From positions 1 to 55,112 of the IMG/VR virus record IMGVR_UViG_3300043399_000050: DNA of 55,112 nt; one strand, written 5' to 3'. The notes under the pieces were generated by a model. The model was not told where the DNA came from, made no database searches, and saw nothing but the letters and a program-made list of their open reading frames with translations. Each line of letters starts with the position of its first letter. Position 1 is the first letter of the stretch. Both the position numbers and the translations under genes were made by a program. This document shows, piece after piece, positions 46,001 to 55,111 of this stretch. This stretch comes from a virus (Duplodnaviria > Caudoviricetes).

Positions 46001-49000
46001 TAGAGTCCTCGGTCAGGTCTTTGAACCATGCGGGGGTGTCCACCATGTTAGGCACGGCGTAAGTACTCTCGCTCAACTGCTTGGTGTATCTACGCTTGGT
46101 TGCTTCAATCTTACGGTCGAAGTCCCGCTCAGTTTTCTTGATCTTGAGTTGTTGTTCCAACTTGGCTTCTTCGTTATCCAGTTCAGCCAACTTGTCATTC
46201 ATGCGCTTGAGGTTCTTAGCCTTGCCTGCTTCCAATGCCTCAAGGTCAGCCGTTTGGTTAGCGGCAATCTCAGCCCGATGCTCATCGGTCATCGGCACTT
46301 CCTTGAATCCTTGCTGAACCTTAAAGCCTTTCTTGAACTCCTCAAAGGACACCATACCCATCTTCTTCAGGGACTCAATGGCGTCAGCGTTGATACCAAA
46401 AGTCTGCTCGGTCAGGTCGTAGTAGACGGGGTTATCCATCTTAGCCAGTTGGCTATCCGAGTACTGGTTCATGCGCAACAGCGTGGCGTAAGCCATCAAT
46501 TGCCCAGCCCGCAAGTTCTCGTCAGGAGTCATACCCTCGCCCATGCCTAGGAACTTGGCTTCGTGAGCAGTCTTGGTTCCCTCGGCGTAGCGGGTCTTGT
46601 ATTCAGTTTGGCGGGCAGCACGGTTCTGAGTAACCGTAAATACTTTGAAGTAGCCCTTACTCTTGCGAGCCATGTTGTCTTGCGTTTGGATACCGTCAAG
46701 AACTTTCTGTACCACATTACGGACATTAGCCAGTACGCCCTTGCCTTCCTTGCGCATCTTCTCAGCCGTTATCTTGGCTTCAAGTAAGTCTTTCCACGCA
46801 CGCTGGATACCGCCGTACATTGCACGGTTTTGGTTTACATTGTTCAAAGCAAATGTGGCGTCCCCGATTGGCATTGCTTGCGCAAAGCGCAGAACTTCCA
46901 TGTCCGATTGCTCGTTGAGCAGAGACTGATTGACCTCTTTGAAAATGCTAGAGACATTGACTTCAGAACGACCAATGCCTTGACGGATGTACTTGCGTGA
47001 TAGACCAATCAAATAGCGGGCAGAGTCGTCTTGGAAGCGGAAGCCCAACTTGTTGAGTTGGTCTTTGACCCAGTTCCAGAATCGCAGAATGGTGTTCGTA
47101 TCTAGTGCAGCGGCACGGTCAGCCAGTACTTCTTCAACGGCTTCAAGGAACGGGATGTTCTTACCTTGGGCGTACACCTCGGCTGCGTGCGTAAGTGTGG
47201 GGTCAGAATCAGCAACAAGTCGGAGTATCTTGTTCAGTGCAGCATCGCTAAATAAACCACGGAAGCCCACATGCCCCAGCGTTTCGTGGGCAATGATGAA
47301 GCGGGCGTGATCTTCGGAGTAGATGAAGTCCGAGAACAGGACGATGTTGTTGCCCCAAGCCATACCAGCGGCATTAACCGCTTCGATGTCGCCTTCACGG
47401 CGGGCTTTGGCTGCGGCTTCAAACAGCGCAGGGTTTTGCCGTTTCATCTCAGCAAGGTTGGAGAACACCGCCACATTGGGCTTGCGTGCGTAACGGGAGA
47501 TGATGCGGGCAACGAACAGACGCAGCGGGCCAGCCTTCATTGGGTCAGCAGGTTTGCCATCCACACGGAAGAAACTCAGGTCGCCACGGTCAGTACCAGT
47601 CTTGTTGTCCATCAGCGGGTCATACTGAATGTCGTCCAGCGTGGTCTGATCTTCCACATCTTCTAGTTCACGCAGTTCCTTACGGGCTTCGTTGTGCTTC
47701 TTAGTGAAGTCATCACGAGTCATCTTCTCGTCAGTGCGAGTGTTCGGGATGTAGTAGGACTTGCCCGGTGGCTGGGAAACAATCGGCTCACCTTCAGCCG
47801 TAAAGTAATCTTGGATGGTTCCACGAGGGCCAACAACATAGGATGGCTCATCAACCTTGGCGTACAGTTTCTTGAGGTGGTTAACCAACTGCTCTTTCTT
47901 AGGCCACTGAGGGGTGGAGTTCAGAAAGTTAGCCAGTCGCTCCTCAGGAGTAACCAGTTCATTAGCAGGTGGCGTAGTGATTGGGCCAGCCACGGCTTCT
48001 TGTTCAGCCTTGGCTCCGGGTTCACGGACTCGCTCTTGCACAGTGGCGTCGTTCAACAGACCGTTCTCAGCCAGCAGTGCGTACAGACGCGAGTTTGGAC
48101 GGATTACATCTTGGTCAAGAGCAACCTCACGCAGTGCCTGCTGGAAGTCCAGTTTCGATACGCCTTGCTCATGGTCTGCCAAGAAGTTTTCAGATGTCTT
48201 ACGCAGGTAGGTTCGAGGTGCAGAGAACACCAGCGTCTCAACGATGTCGTACAGGGCTTCCGCATAGGCGGCAGCATCCTTGGTTGTCTCAGCCGTTTCA
48301 ATGGCGAGGTCAAGTTCTTCGTTGGCGGCAACTGTTTCTTCAGACGCTTCACGCGGGCCACGCTTGGTTTCACTGGCAACCACGGCAGGCTGGGTAGTTG
48401 TACCCATGATCTGCCCCACCATAGCCGCAATACCACTCGGGCCTTTTTGCAACTTGGCGGCTTTGGGTGCAGGCTGCGCCTTAGCCTCAGTCTTTTTTGC
48501 CGGGGCTTTCTTTAGCGTCTTGCCCCCTTTGGGTGGAGGCGGTGGCTCCTCAGGTGGAGTCTCGGCTACTTTTTCTTCGGCTTTGCCTTTGCGGAGGGCT
48601 TTACCTTTTCCGGCAGGTTCTTTGGCACGCCGTACTTCTTGGCCCACTTCTTCGCCAGTTGGGGTTTCTGGCTGAACAGATACCCCTGCTGCGCCTTGCT
48701 CTTGAACGGCATCTTGTTTCTCCTTACGGGTACGCTTGGGTTTAGCAGGCGGCTGAGGCGTACCTTGGAACTCACCGTCTTTGAACTCGCCATCCATGAC
48801 GGTTCCATCGGAATCCAAGAAACGACCCTGCCCGTGGGGTACGCCATCTTTCATGCCCCCTGTGTAGACACTGCCATCGAAATAAGTCAGGGTTCCCTGA
48901 CCGTTGGGTTCACCGTTGCGCAACTGCCCTTCGTAAACCGAGCCATCCTCATAGGTAAAGATGCCAGTACGCTGGCGCTTGAGTGCTGCACCCCTAGCCG

Positions 49001-51293
49001 CTTGGCTAGTGACTGCTGTAACGGGTGCGCCTGTCGGCGGAATCTGGGCAGCGCCAGCCTGCACGGTCGGTACAACTCGTTGCTGTGTGCCTGCTGAACG
49101 CAGGGCAGCCATCGTGGGCTGACCTTGCTGGGTAAATAGGGACAACTGACCAGCCCGCTGAAACTCTTGCGGGGTAGGACGAGCGACCACAGGAGCGGGG
49201 GCTGGAGCCATAGGAGCCACGGGGCGAGGAGCCGTGCGTGGCGGGATCGGAGCCTGCCGCTGGGTAAAGAGAGGCAACTGACCACCCTGTGTAGACCGAA
49301 GTGCCTGCTGCGTGGGCTGACCACGCTGATTGAACAAGGACATTTGCTGCGGTGTACGAACTGGGACAGGTACAGTCGGTGGGGCAGACGGCATTGTGGA
49401 TGCAGTTTGCGGGGTCATTTCGGGCTGCACACGGGTAAGCGGCATCTGACCGGGGAACAGGGGTAACTGACCAGTCGGAGGGGCAAGCGGAGCCTGCTCA
49501 CCTTGGAATAGACCCATCTGACCTTGCTGAGCCTGAGCCGCTTGAGCAGCCACAGGGGGTAGGTCTTGGAACTCTGCAAGTTGTTGGTCAATCTGTTGCA
49601 GTGCAGTACGGGCTTGCTCCATGTTTTGCCGCAACATGTTGATGCGACCTTGTTGAAGCACGGCCCGTCCACCTGCCATGTCAGACAGTTCTTGCTGGGC
49701 ATCAGTAATGAAGCGAGCCAGTTGAGCGCGTTGGTCAAGCAAAGCCTGACGCTGTTCCATACGAGGAGCCGGGCTAACGGCTGCACCAGCAGGGGGCGTC
49801 CCCATCGGTGGCTCAGGCGGTGCGCCAAACAATTCACCTTGGGTTCCCGGTGGGCCTTCAGGCAGTGTAGGTACTTGAGGCGCACTGCTGGTCATCGAGG
49901 TATCAGGGTTATTACCACCTGACAACAAGTCGGCAGGTTGTTTACCCAATGGGCCGCGACGGAGGTTTGCACCTGCTCCAATCGTTCCACCCACACCAAA
50001 GCCAGCGGCAAACGACTCAATCAAGCGGTCAATGTTTTCTTCGCTACCAAAGTCCTGCCCAGTCAAACCAAGCAGCATGGACTCTTGTCCAACTTCAGTC
50101 AGACCTTCAGCAGGGCCACCGATAGCAACACCTTTGGCTCCGCGTTTGAGTAGTTCGCCGCCGCGCTTAGCCCCCGTGGTTAGAAGGTTTGTACCCTGAA
50201 TATCCTTGAGCGCAGTCGCGCCTGAGCGTGGGGACAGACCACCAACACCAAACAGACGAGACGCAAGCAGGTACTCAGGCAAAGACTCCAGCAGGGCGTA
50301 AGGCACGCCACCAAGGAAGGCAGAGGTTCTTGCGCCTACATCTTCGGGGCCAGCACCCTGTTCACGGAACTCACCGTAAATATCAGAGATACCCATGCCG
50401 TAGTTCTGCGCCGTGCTTGCTGCAACCGCACCCGTAATACCTGCGGCTTGGCGTAGAAACTTCTCATCGAAGGCTTGGCCTGCGGCACGCTTGGCTAGTT
50501 CACGCTCAACCTTGTCGGCAAATTCTTTCTTACCAGCCGTGCTGGCAAGCCACTGACCGACACGAGGAAGTATCGCACTACCACCTGCACCCGTAGCAGC
50601 CAATGGGCCACCAAGGAAATAACCACCCGCAGCAGCCGCAATCGAACCAAGGATGTTCGGCCCTTGTTGGGCAACCGTTGCAGCCAGCCAGTCAATGGCT
50701 CCACCCGCCGAGTCAATCTCTTGGAACTCACGGCGGTACGGCAGGTTCTTACGGATGTCCTCGTACTGACGGTCAACAATGTTCTGACCAACTTCCTCAG
50801 CGCCAAACAACTGCAAACCACGACCAGCAAGTTGCTGCATCTGATCCACACCGATGCCAAAGTTCTTGGACATCAACCGACCAAGGCCGGGGTTACGAAT
50901 CTGATTGGCTAGTTGGGAGTATGTATCGGGTGTCAGCGTAATCCAGTCGCCACCTTTGGGTAGACCTACGGGAGGTTGCCCAAGCAACTGCTCAGCACGC
51001 AGAGTCATGTCAGCGTCGTCCTCATCAAAGGTGACGCCTTGCACAAACAACTTCTTCTGCGACGGACTGTACGCAATAGCAGGTTCAGTCTGAACCTGCT
51101 GGGTTTGGAACTGCGGAACTTGGGCAAGCGCGGCCTGACCAGCAGCCGCTAGACCTGCGGCGGCTTCTTGCGTGGACAAGCCAGAACTACCCTGCCCCGG
51201 ATACAAAAACCCGTAAGCACTCATGCTCCTAGCGAGTTGATCGTTAGGAGTTGAGTAGATCGGGTCTGTCAAACTTGGCCCCGCTTTAGCCAT
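43047..51293 (-). CDS. Giant internal virion/DNA-ejection polyvalent protein (2748 aa)
   Basis: Last and largest of three ejection-type genes; hydrophobic Gly/Ala N-domain, QxxLF array, MORN repeats, HETLGH zincin motif, helical C-terminus. Confidence 0.85.
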   Translation of the reverse strand: MAKAGPSLTDPIYSTPNDQLARSMSAYGFLYPGQGSSGLSTQEAAAGLAAAGQAALAQVPQFQTQQVQTEPAIAYSPSQKKLFVQGVTFDEDDADMTLRAEQLLGQPPVGLPKGGDWITLTPDTYSQLANQIRNPGLGRLMSKNFGIGVDQMQQLAGRGLQLFGAEEVGQNIVDRQYEDIRKNLPYRREFQEIDSAGGAIDWLAATVAQQGPNILGSIAAAAGGYFLGGPLAATGAGGSAILPRVGQWLASTAGKKEFADKVERELAKRAAGQAFDEKFLRQAAGITGAVAASTAQNYGMGISDIYGEFREQGAGPEDVGARTSAFLGGVPYALLESLPEYLLASRLFGVGGLSPRSGATALKDIQGTNLLTTGAKRGGELLKRGAKGVAIGGPAEGLTEVGQESMLLGLTGQDFGSEENIDRLIESFAAGFGVGGTIGAGANLRRGPLGKQPADLLSGGNNPDTSMTSSAPQVPTLPEGPPGTQGELFGAPPEPPMGTPPAGAAVSPAPRMEQRQALLDQRAQLARFITDAQQELSDMAGGRAVLQQGRINMLRQNMEQARTALQQIDQQLAEFQDLPPVAAQAAQAQQGQMGLFQGEQAPLAPPTGQLPLFPGQMPLTRVQPEMTPQTASTMPSAPPTVPVPVRTPQQMSLFNQRGQPTQQALRSTQGGQLPLFTQRQAPIPPRTAPRPVAPMAPAPAPVVARPTPQEFQRAGQLSLFTQQGQPTMAALRSAGTQQRVVPTVQAGAAQIPPTGAPVTAVTSQAARGAALKRQRTGIFTYEDGSVYEGQLRNGEPNGQGTLTYFDGSVYTGGMKDGVPHGQGRFLDSDGTVMDGEFKDGEFQGTPQPPAKPKRTRKEKQDAVQEQGAAGVSVQPETPTGEEVGQEVRRAKEPAGKGKALRKGKAEEKVAETPPEEPPPPPKGGKTLKKAPAKKTEAKAQPAPKAAKLQKGPSGIAAMVGQIMGTTTQPAVVASETKRGPREASEETVAANEELDLAIETAETTKDAAAYAEALYDIVETLVFSAPRTYLRKTSENFLADHEQGVSKLDFQQALREVALDQDVIRPNSRLYALLAENGLLNDATVQERVREPGAKAEQEAVAGPITTPPANELVTPEERLANFLNSTPQWPKKEQLVNHLKKLYAKVDEPSYVVGPRGTIQDYFTAEGEPIVSQPPGKSYYIPNTRTDEKMTRDDFTKKHNEARKELRELEDVEDQTTLDDIQYDPLMDNKTGTDRGDLSFFRVDGKPADPMKAGPLRLFVARIISRYARKPNVAVFSNLAEMKRQNPALFEAAAKARREGDIEAVNAAGMAWGNNIVLFSDFIYSEDHARFIIAHETLGHVGFRGLFSDAALNKILRLVADSDPTLTHAAEVYAQGKNIPFLEAVEEVLADRAAALDTNTILRFWNWVKDQLNKLGFRFQDDSARYLIGLSRKYIRQGIGRSEVNVSSIFKEVNQSLLNEQSDMEVLRFAQAMPIGDATFALNNVNQNRAMYGGIQRAWKDLLEAKITAEKMRKEGKGVLANVRNVVQKVLDGIQTQDNMARKSKGYFKVFTVTQNRAARQTEYKTRYAEGTKTAHEAKFLGMGEGMTPDENLRAGQLMAYATLLRMNQYSDSQLAKMDNPVYYDLTEQTFGINADAIESLKKMGMVSFEEFKKGFKVQQGFKEVPMTDEHRAEIAANQTADLEALEAGKAKNLKRMNDKLAELDNEEAKLEQQLKIKKTERDFDRKIEATKRRYTKQLSESTYAVPNMVDTPAWFKDLTEDSIEYKVYQEFSDTIANSAVDILRSKYMGAIHEQTRTVTAGIGDAFKSGLTARERKFIDDIVAIYDDMRMEEAVYKDNRLVLSEQSEDNANEWLNKKFGRSLYTDLALNDLAKTVKGYTAEEVNEIVKGLRPKLRIGTDPELDDVNGNSIWALVRRVEERTMFAASINDDQMYAKRTIAGNYVPLTRDGDWQVRVQAYRMEGGKEIPVRLSQSQQDSLFFTKVANEKAAREVKDEVDAILAGEHEMRDKDGVAQTVYLRAVASVAEQTPALVDILHYDEVMYSLSRLGIRLTPGERDTLVKKVTAQNTRARANLQRAGMAGWDADVVRSASAFLEQQAYTAANKEFRHQYDEIIDNPLNWEGDADRLEELRLKWESAKGEAKELAAREYFQEKYYYGNAVAPDDKFVTKGNYYKERAKSMIDWLDSTGDIVHADDIWTNNEWSVAARTWAAIAQLGGSIATGVTQVLSLPTNSWAYLSTFNPKTGFGVGLGAGKAASLLLSYGMRVGNFKYANLQYIKDQIEALQKSGAKTNKDGLTLGELSFLEQMTEEQRLDAAQFNAMTGTSRGRRITGNPTAQKFIQAWMFPFAYTEQFNRRVTLLAAYRGEYDRQIASGATTTQADIAARGVATRAVDATQGDYAQYNRPAFFRGGLQSFVYMYKQYPIMMIQLLKNMNYEGRIIMLGSLLLLSGVRGLPGSDDLLDIVDGIAQRLGLKTGSIEKEFARILRNTVGEELANDLTPIMMRGLLDHFTGWSFSNRLGLGDIVPGTGLLKPSATKQEILREVVNIAGAPTSFLAGAFEYTFNTIPGVVTGRKSFTSLMGDSPVRAIANLGDAFKYHNTGAITDKKGYVVSQNATTWEIMGKAMGWHPSRAQAQMDWLMADSQEQAYMQMIKTEAVRRSVSARLSGDRESEAAVKDYIREWNESTKGTRLEIRNFGNSVNRAFREAKKPMAIRALKSSAQAGRAEAKELLRMYGVDEETLAGVPD
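48566..48712 (-). CDS. Overprinted 48-aa basic protein in an alternative frame of the giant gene
   Basis: AAGGAG 7 nt before ATG; MPFKSKAQQGYLFSQKPQLAKKWAKKYG resembles a recurrent small phage protein family. Confidence 0.6.
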   Translation of the reverse strand: MPFKSKAQQGYLFSQKPQLAKKWAKKYGVPKNLPEKVKPSAKAKPKKK

Positions 51294-51295
51294 AA

Positions 51296-53518
51296 TTACC
51301 TCTCAGTTACTTGCTGTGGTGCATTAACTGCACTCCAGATTCCAGTAGTGTTAATACCGCTAACTCGTGCAGCCGTTGGGCCAACCTGCGCAGTGTTACC
51401 ACCAATGGTAATCGTCTTAGTCTCAGGGTCAATGATATAAATTTCCCCAGCAGGATTGCTATAAGAAATTTGCCCCGTGCTAAGTGCGGTTGCCTTAAAG
51501 CCAGCGTTCTCCATTTTCTTCTTAGCCAACTCAAAGTTACCTTTGATGAGTTCAGCATTGGCCTCACGAACACCTTGGAGGTACTGCTTGCTAGATTCTT
51601 CCCGTATTTTCAGTTCGGACTCAAAAGCCTTATCACCACGGGCGGTCTGAATCTCAGCCAACTTCGCACGGTAGGCAGCATCCACGCGGGAGCGTACCAA
51701 CTGCTCAACTTGTGGGCCAGTCAGATTCACACCGTTCTTAGCCACTTGACCGTTGATGTACAGGTCATAGTTACCGTCAGGGCGTTGCAAGACTTGGTGC
51801 GGCGCATTAGTAAAGGTAGACAAGACCGACATGGCACGGCTGAAGTTACCAGTAGTGGCTCCTTCATACACACCCCAGTCTGCTTGGTTCTTGTACATGC
51901 CAAGGTCAAGTGCTTGAATTTTGCCTACGGTTTCCCATGCCTTATCGCCCATGCCGTATTGCGCATACAACTTGACATCTTCCTGCAACTTACTGCGGAT
52001 TGTTAGAAGTTGCCGAACCTCAGGATTCTGGGCATTAGGAGGCAGCGCGGCTGGGCCTTGCATCGTGCCTGAAGTGGCAGGTGCAGGGGGTTTTACCGCT
52101 TGAGACGCAGCAGTTGCGACTTGAGTCGCGTTACCAGACTGGACTGCTGTTGCCACTTGTTGAGTCGGGCTAGGAAGTCGTGGAGCATTTGCATTGCTTG
52201 CAGTGACCACTGCCGCACCTTGGTTAAAGCCGAGCGCAATACCTGTTTCGATTGTTCGAGCATCATAAGGAACCTTTCCGTTCTCCATTTGGATGATGCC
52301 GCGAACCAACTTTTCCATCGTAGCGGGGTCTTGCACATCGACTACATCATCCGGTTTAACTCCAAGTTGCTCAGTCAAAAACTTCGTGTACGACGCACGA
52401 TCAGTCGTAGTCCAGTTGTTGACGATACCCCGAATGGTGTTGACCCCACGGTTGTTGTAGGACATCAGGTTCATCGTCATGGCACGGATGCCAGCCTCAG
52501 GCGTATCGAAACGAACGAACTCGCCATCGTTGACATAGTTGCCATTGGCATCTTTCATCGACCCTTTCCACGGGGAGTCGGGGGAGAACTTGATATTGCC
52601 GGGGTTGTTATTGCGCAGACCACGGACAGGATTACCCTTGTCGTCAAGCATCCAGTCGGCGTACCCTTCGGCTACTGCCTTTTGTGCGTTAGCAGAACGA
52701 GTCTTTTCGGCGGCAGTGGCTTTTTGGGTTTCAGTCTTGCGTAGATTCTCAATCAGTTGGGCTTCAGTAAGTGGGCGGTTTGCCTGCTCAGCCTGACGAA
52801 CCATGTCGTAGTAAGGCGTAGCCGTACCAGAACCAATCGTGGGAATCTCCACACGGGTAACATCAGGATCATAGATACCAAGCGCACGACCAAGGCGTGG
52901 GACACCAATCTGGTTTGCCAACCAAGTACCACCTTGAGCAACGGCATTAACTGGGCCACCAACAAAGATGTCAGCAGCAGCCGCAGGAGCCTTACCCAAA
53001 GCAGAGCGGTCAATAGCAGCCTGACGCCGCTGGTTTTCAAACTGCAAACGGCGTACCCGCTCAGCATCAGGAAGCGCCTGAAACTCAGCAACACTTAACT
53101 GTTCAGTAGGTACATTGAGCAACTGCTCAGGAGTACGCAAACCAGCGGGGCGAGCGGCAGGTGCAGCGGTTGCAGCAGGTGCAGCAGGTGTAGTCGTAAG
53201 GGGCCGTACTTCAATCTGTGGCGTTGGCACAGGGTATGCGGTCGCTCCACCTGCGGAAGGCGGAACTTGCAACCCACCTTGCGGTGCGGCTGACGGCGTG
53301 CCAAAGGCTTGCCCCGGTGCTTGGTCGAATTGCAAAAGCGGCTGGTTAGCCGCGTTGATTGCACTCTGACCTTGCTTCGCCCGAATCTCGTTGAGTTTGT
53401 TTAACTCTTGAATCTGTAGTTCGCGTTGTCGTTGCGCGAGTAAAGCATCTTCAGCCGCACGCTGGCGGCTGGCGATGACACCCATGCTACTTGCGAACTG
53501 TCCTAGGCTGAGAGCCAT
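51296..53518 (-). CDS. Internal virion protein with lysozyme-like domain
   Basis: RGLRNNNPGNI...F..F.TPE.G.RAM...L..Y...G..TI..I...W...I.MENG at 52278-52625; GGGAGG RBS. Confidence 0.8.
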   Translation of the reverse strand: MALSLGQFASSMGVIASRQRAAEDALLAQRQRELQIQELNKLNEIRAKQGQSAINAANQPLLQFDQAPGQAFGTPSAAPQGGLQVPPSAGGATAYPVPTPQIEVRPLTTTPAAPAATAAPAARPAGLRTPEQLLNVPTEQLSVAEFQALPDAERVRRLQFENQRRQAAIDRSALGKAPAAAADIFVGGPVNAVAQGGTWLANQIGVPRLGRALGIYDPDVTRVEIPTIGSGTATPYYDMVRQAEQANRPLTEAQLIENLRKTETQKATAAEKTRSANAQKAVAEGYADWMLDDKGNPVRGLRNNNPGNIKFSPDSPWKGSMKDANGNYVNDGEFVRFDTPEAGIRAMTMNLMSYNNRGVNTIRGIVNNWTTTDRASYTKFLTEQLGVKPDDVVDVQDPATMEKLVRGIIQMENGKVPYDARTIETGIALGFNQGAAVVTASNANAPRLPSPTQQVATAVQSGNATQVATAASQAVKPPAPATSGTMQGPAALPPNAQNPEVRQLLTIRSKLQEDVKLYAQYGMGDKAWETVGKIQALDLGMYKNQADWGVYEGATTGNFSRAMSVLSTFTNAPHQVLQRPDGNYDLYINGQVAKNGVNLTGPQVEQLVRSRVDAAYRAKLAEIQTARGDKAFESELKIREESSKQYLQGVREANAELIKGNFELAKKKMENAGFKATALSTGQISYSNPAGEIYIIDPETKTITIGGNTAQVGPTAARVSGINTTGIWSAVNAPQQVTER

Positions 53519-53530
53519 AGTGACCTCCCA

Positions 53531-55111
53531 TTAACCGTAGTTGATCCTGAGCTGCTGCAACAGGTCGCCGGGGCTAGTAGACTTCGACGAGCCAGTAAAT
53601 GTCCCAAACAGATCACCAATATCACCAGCGGTCTGGCGACGACGGCGGTCAGCAGCATCATACAAATTACCAACATATTGTCCGTACTGGAGCGAAGTGG
53701 TCGGAGCATTTGGAACCAGTCCGAGGCCAGCCTGCTTGGTACGAAGTTTCTGTTGCTGAGCCCAGTCAGCACCTTGAAGGTAAGCAGTCTCACCACCTTT
53801 GGCAATACCGAGATCAATGCGGCGCTCCTCAGCAGTACGCAGACCACTGCGGCGACCACCTGAAACCTTGCGGAGTGTTTCGGCTTTGGCGCGAGCGCCT
53901 GAGGTTTGTACACCACGCTGGCTCATCAGACCAAACTGAGCGGGGTCAAAGTAATCGGCCTCACCCACAATGTTGTAAGCCTCTTGCAGTTTGCGCTGGT
54001 AAGCGGCTTGGTCTTGTGTACGCAGTTGCTCAAGTTCAGCCTTTTGCTGTTCAAGCAGAGCGCGTTCTTCAGGACTCATACCATCACCAGCCATTGCTGC
54101 ACCAGCCGACAGACTTGCTGCACGCAGTAAGAACTCAGCCTGCTTGCGTGGGTCAGTAAGTTGTTGTTTGAGCGCTGCACTAACTGTTGTTGGAGCAGCC
54201 GTTCCAGTACTACCTGCGGCTCCGGGTTGTCCGGGTTGCTGCGCACCGGGTTGGGCAGCAGCCATCGAAGGTTGGAACGAAGCCTGAACCGCAGCGGCTT
54301 GCTCAGCAGCCGGAGTAACCGTCACACCTGCTTGTGAGTACGCAGGAGCAGTTTGCGTTGCGTAGTTGGTCGGGCCAAACGCACCTGTTGCAGCAGCATC
54401 AGGATTGTAGAAAGCACCAGTACCACCGCCAGAACCGAAGGCAGCAGCATTACCGCCGTAAACAGCAGGGGTGTTGACCTGAATACCTTGCATGGAGTTG
54501 GCAAGGCTAGAAGCATCGACCGCACCAGAACTCAACTGAGCAGCAAGATCACTGGAAACCGTACCGCCATAAGCAATGTTTTGTGGAGCGATTGCATTAC
54601 CAGTCATCGGGTCAATAAACTGCCCCAACTCAGAACTCCAAGAACCAGTACCGCTACCCACATTGGTAACCACTGCGTTGACAGAAGGCTCAGCACCAGC
54701 AACAGCAGCACCAGCACCCGACGGGGCTTGAATGGCTTGAGGAGCGTTGAAGTATCCACTTACGCCACCACCGATACCACCCATCAGTGCGCCTTGTCTC
54801 CAGTCACCACCCTGCAATTTGGCAGAGATAGCACCTAGACCAGCACCTACGATGGCGGAGCCGATTACAGAGCCTGCGGTAACCGAACCGACTGCACCAG
54901 CCACAGCAGCCGATAGGCCGATAGACGATGCAATCGCAGGGGCAGCAAACGGAATGGCAATCGCAGCGACCACACCGATCACTGCTTTAAGACCACCGCG
55001 CCCGCCACCGTGTAGCGTAACTTGTTTGCCGCCAATAGCGCGGGCAATAGGATTCAGGCGATGACCGCCTACTCCACCAAATGCTTCTTCAGGAAGATCA
55101 GGTACACCCAT
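53531..55111 (-). CDS. Internal virion/ejection (pilot-like) protein; true start at 304 across the circular junction (~543 aa)
   Basis: Gly/Ala-rich hydrophobic N-region with glycine zippers, Gln/Ala-rich body, coiled coil. Confidence 0.8.
   Translation of the reverse strand: MGVPDLPEEAFGGVGGHRLNPIARAIGGKQVTLHGGGRGGLKAVIGVVAAIAIPFAAPAIASSIGLSAAVAGAVGSVTAGSVIGSAIVGAGLGAISAKLQGGDWRQGALMGGIGGGVSGYFNAPQAIQAPSGAGAAVAGAEPSVNAVVTNVGSGTGSWSSELGQFIDPMTGNAIAPQNIAYGGTVSSDLAAQLSSGAVDASSLANSMQGIQVNTPAVYGGNAAAFGSGGGTGAFYNPDAAATGAFGPTNYATQTAPAYSQAGVTVTPAAEQAAAVQASFQPSMAAAQPGAQQPGQPGAAGSTGTAAPTTVSAALKQQLTDPRKQAEFLLRAASLSAGAAMAGDGMSPEERALLEQQKAELEQLRTQDQAAYQRKLQEAYNIVGEADYFDPAQFGLMSQRGVQTSGARAKAETLRKVSGGRRSGLRTAEERRIDLGIAKGGETAYLQGADWAQQQKLRTKQAGLGLVPNAPTTSLQYGQYVGNLYDAADRRRRQTAGDIGDLFGTFTGSSKSTSPGDLLQQLRINYG

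Noticed and set aside
44646-48515. Several long plus-strand ORFs (353, 212, 273 aa)
   Set aside because: Antisense to the giant ejection gene; no recognisable motifs or RBS
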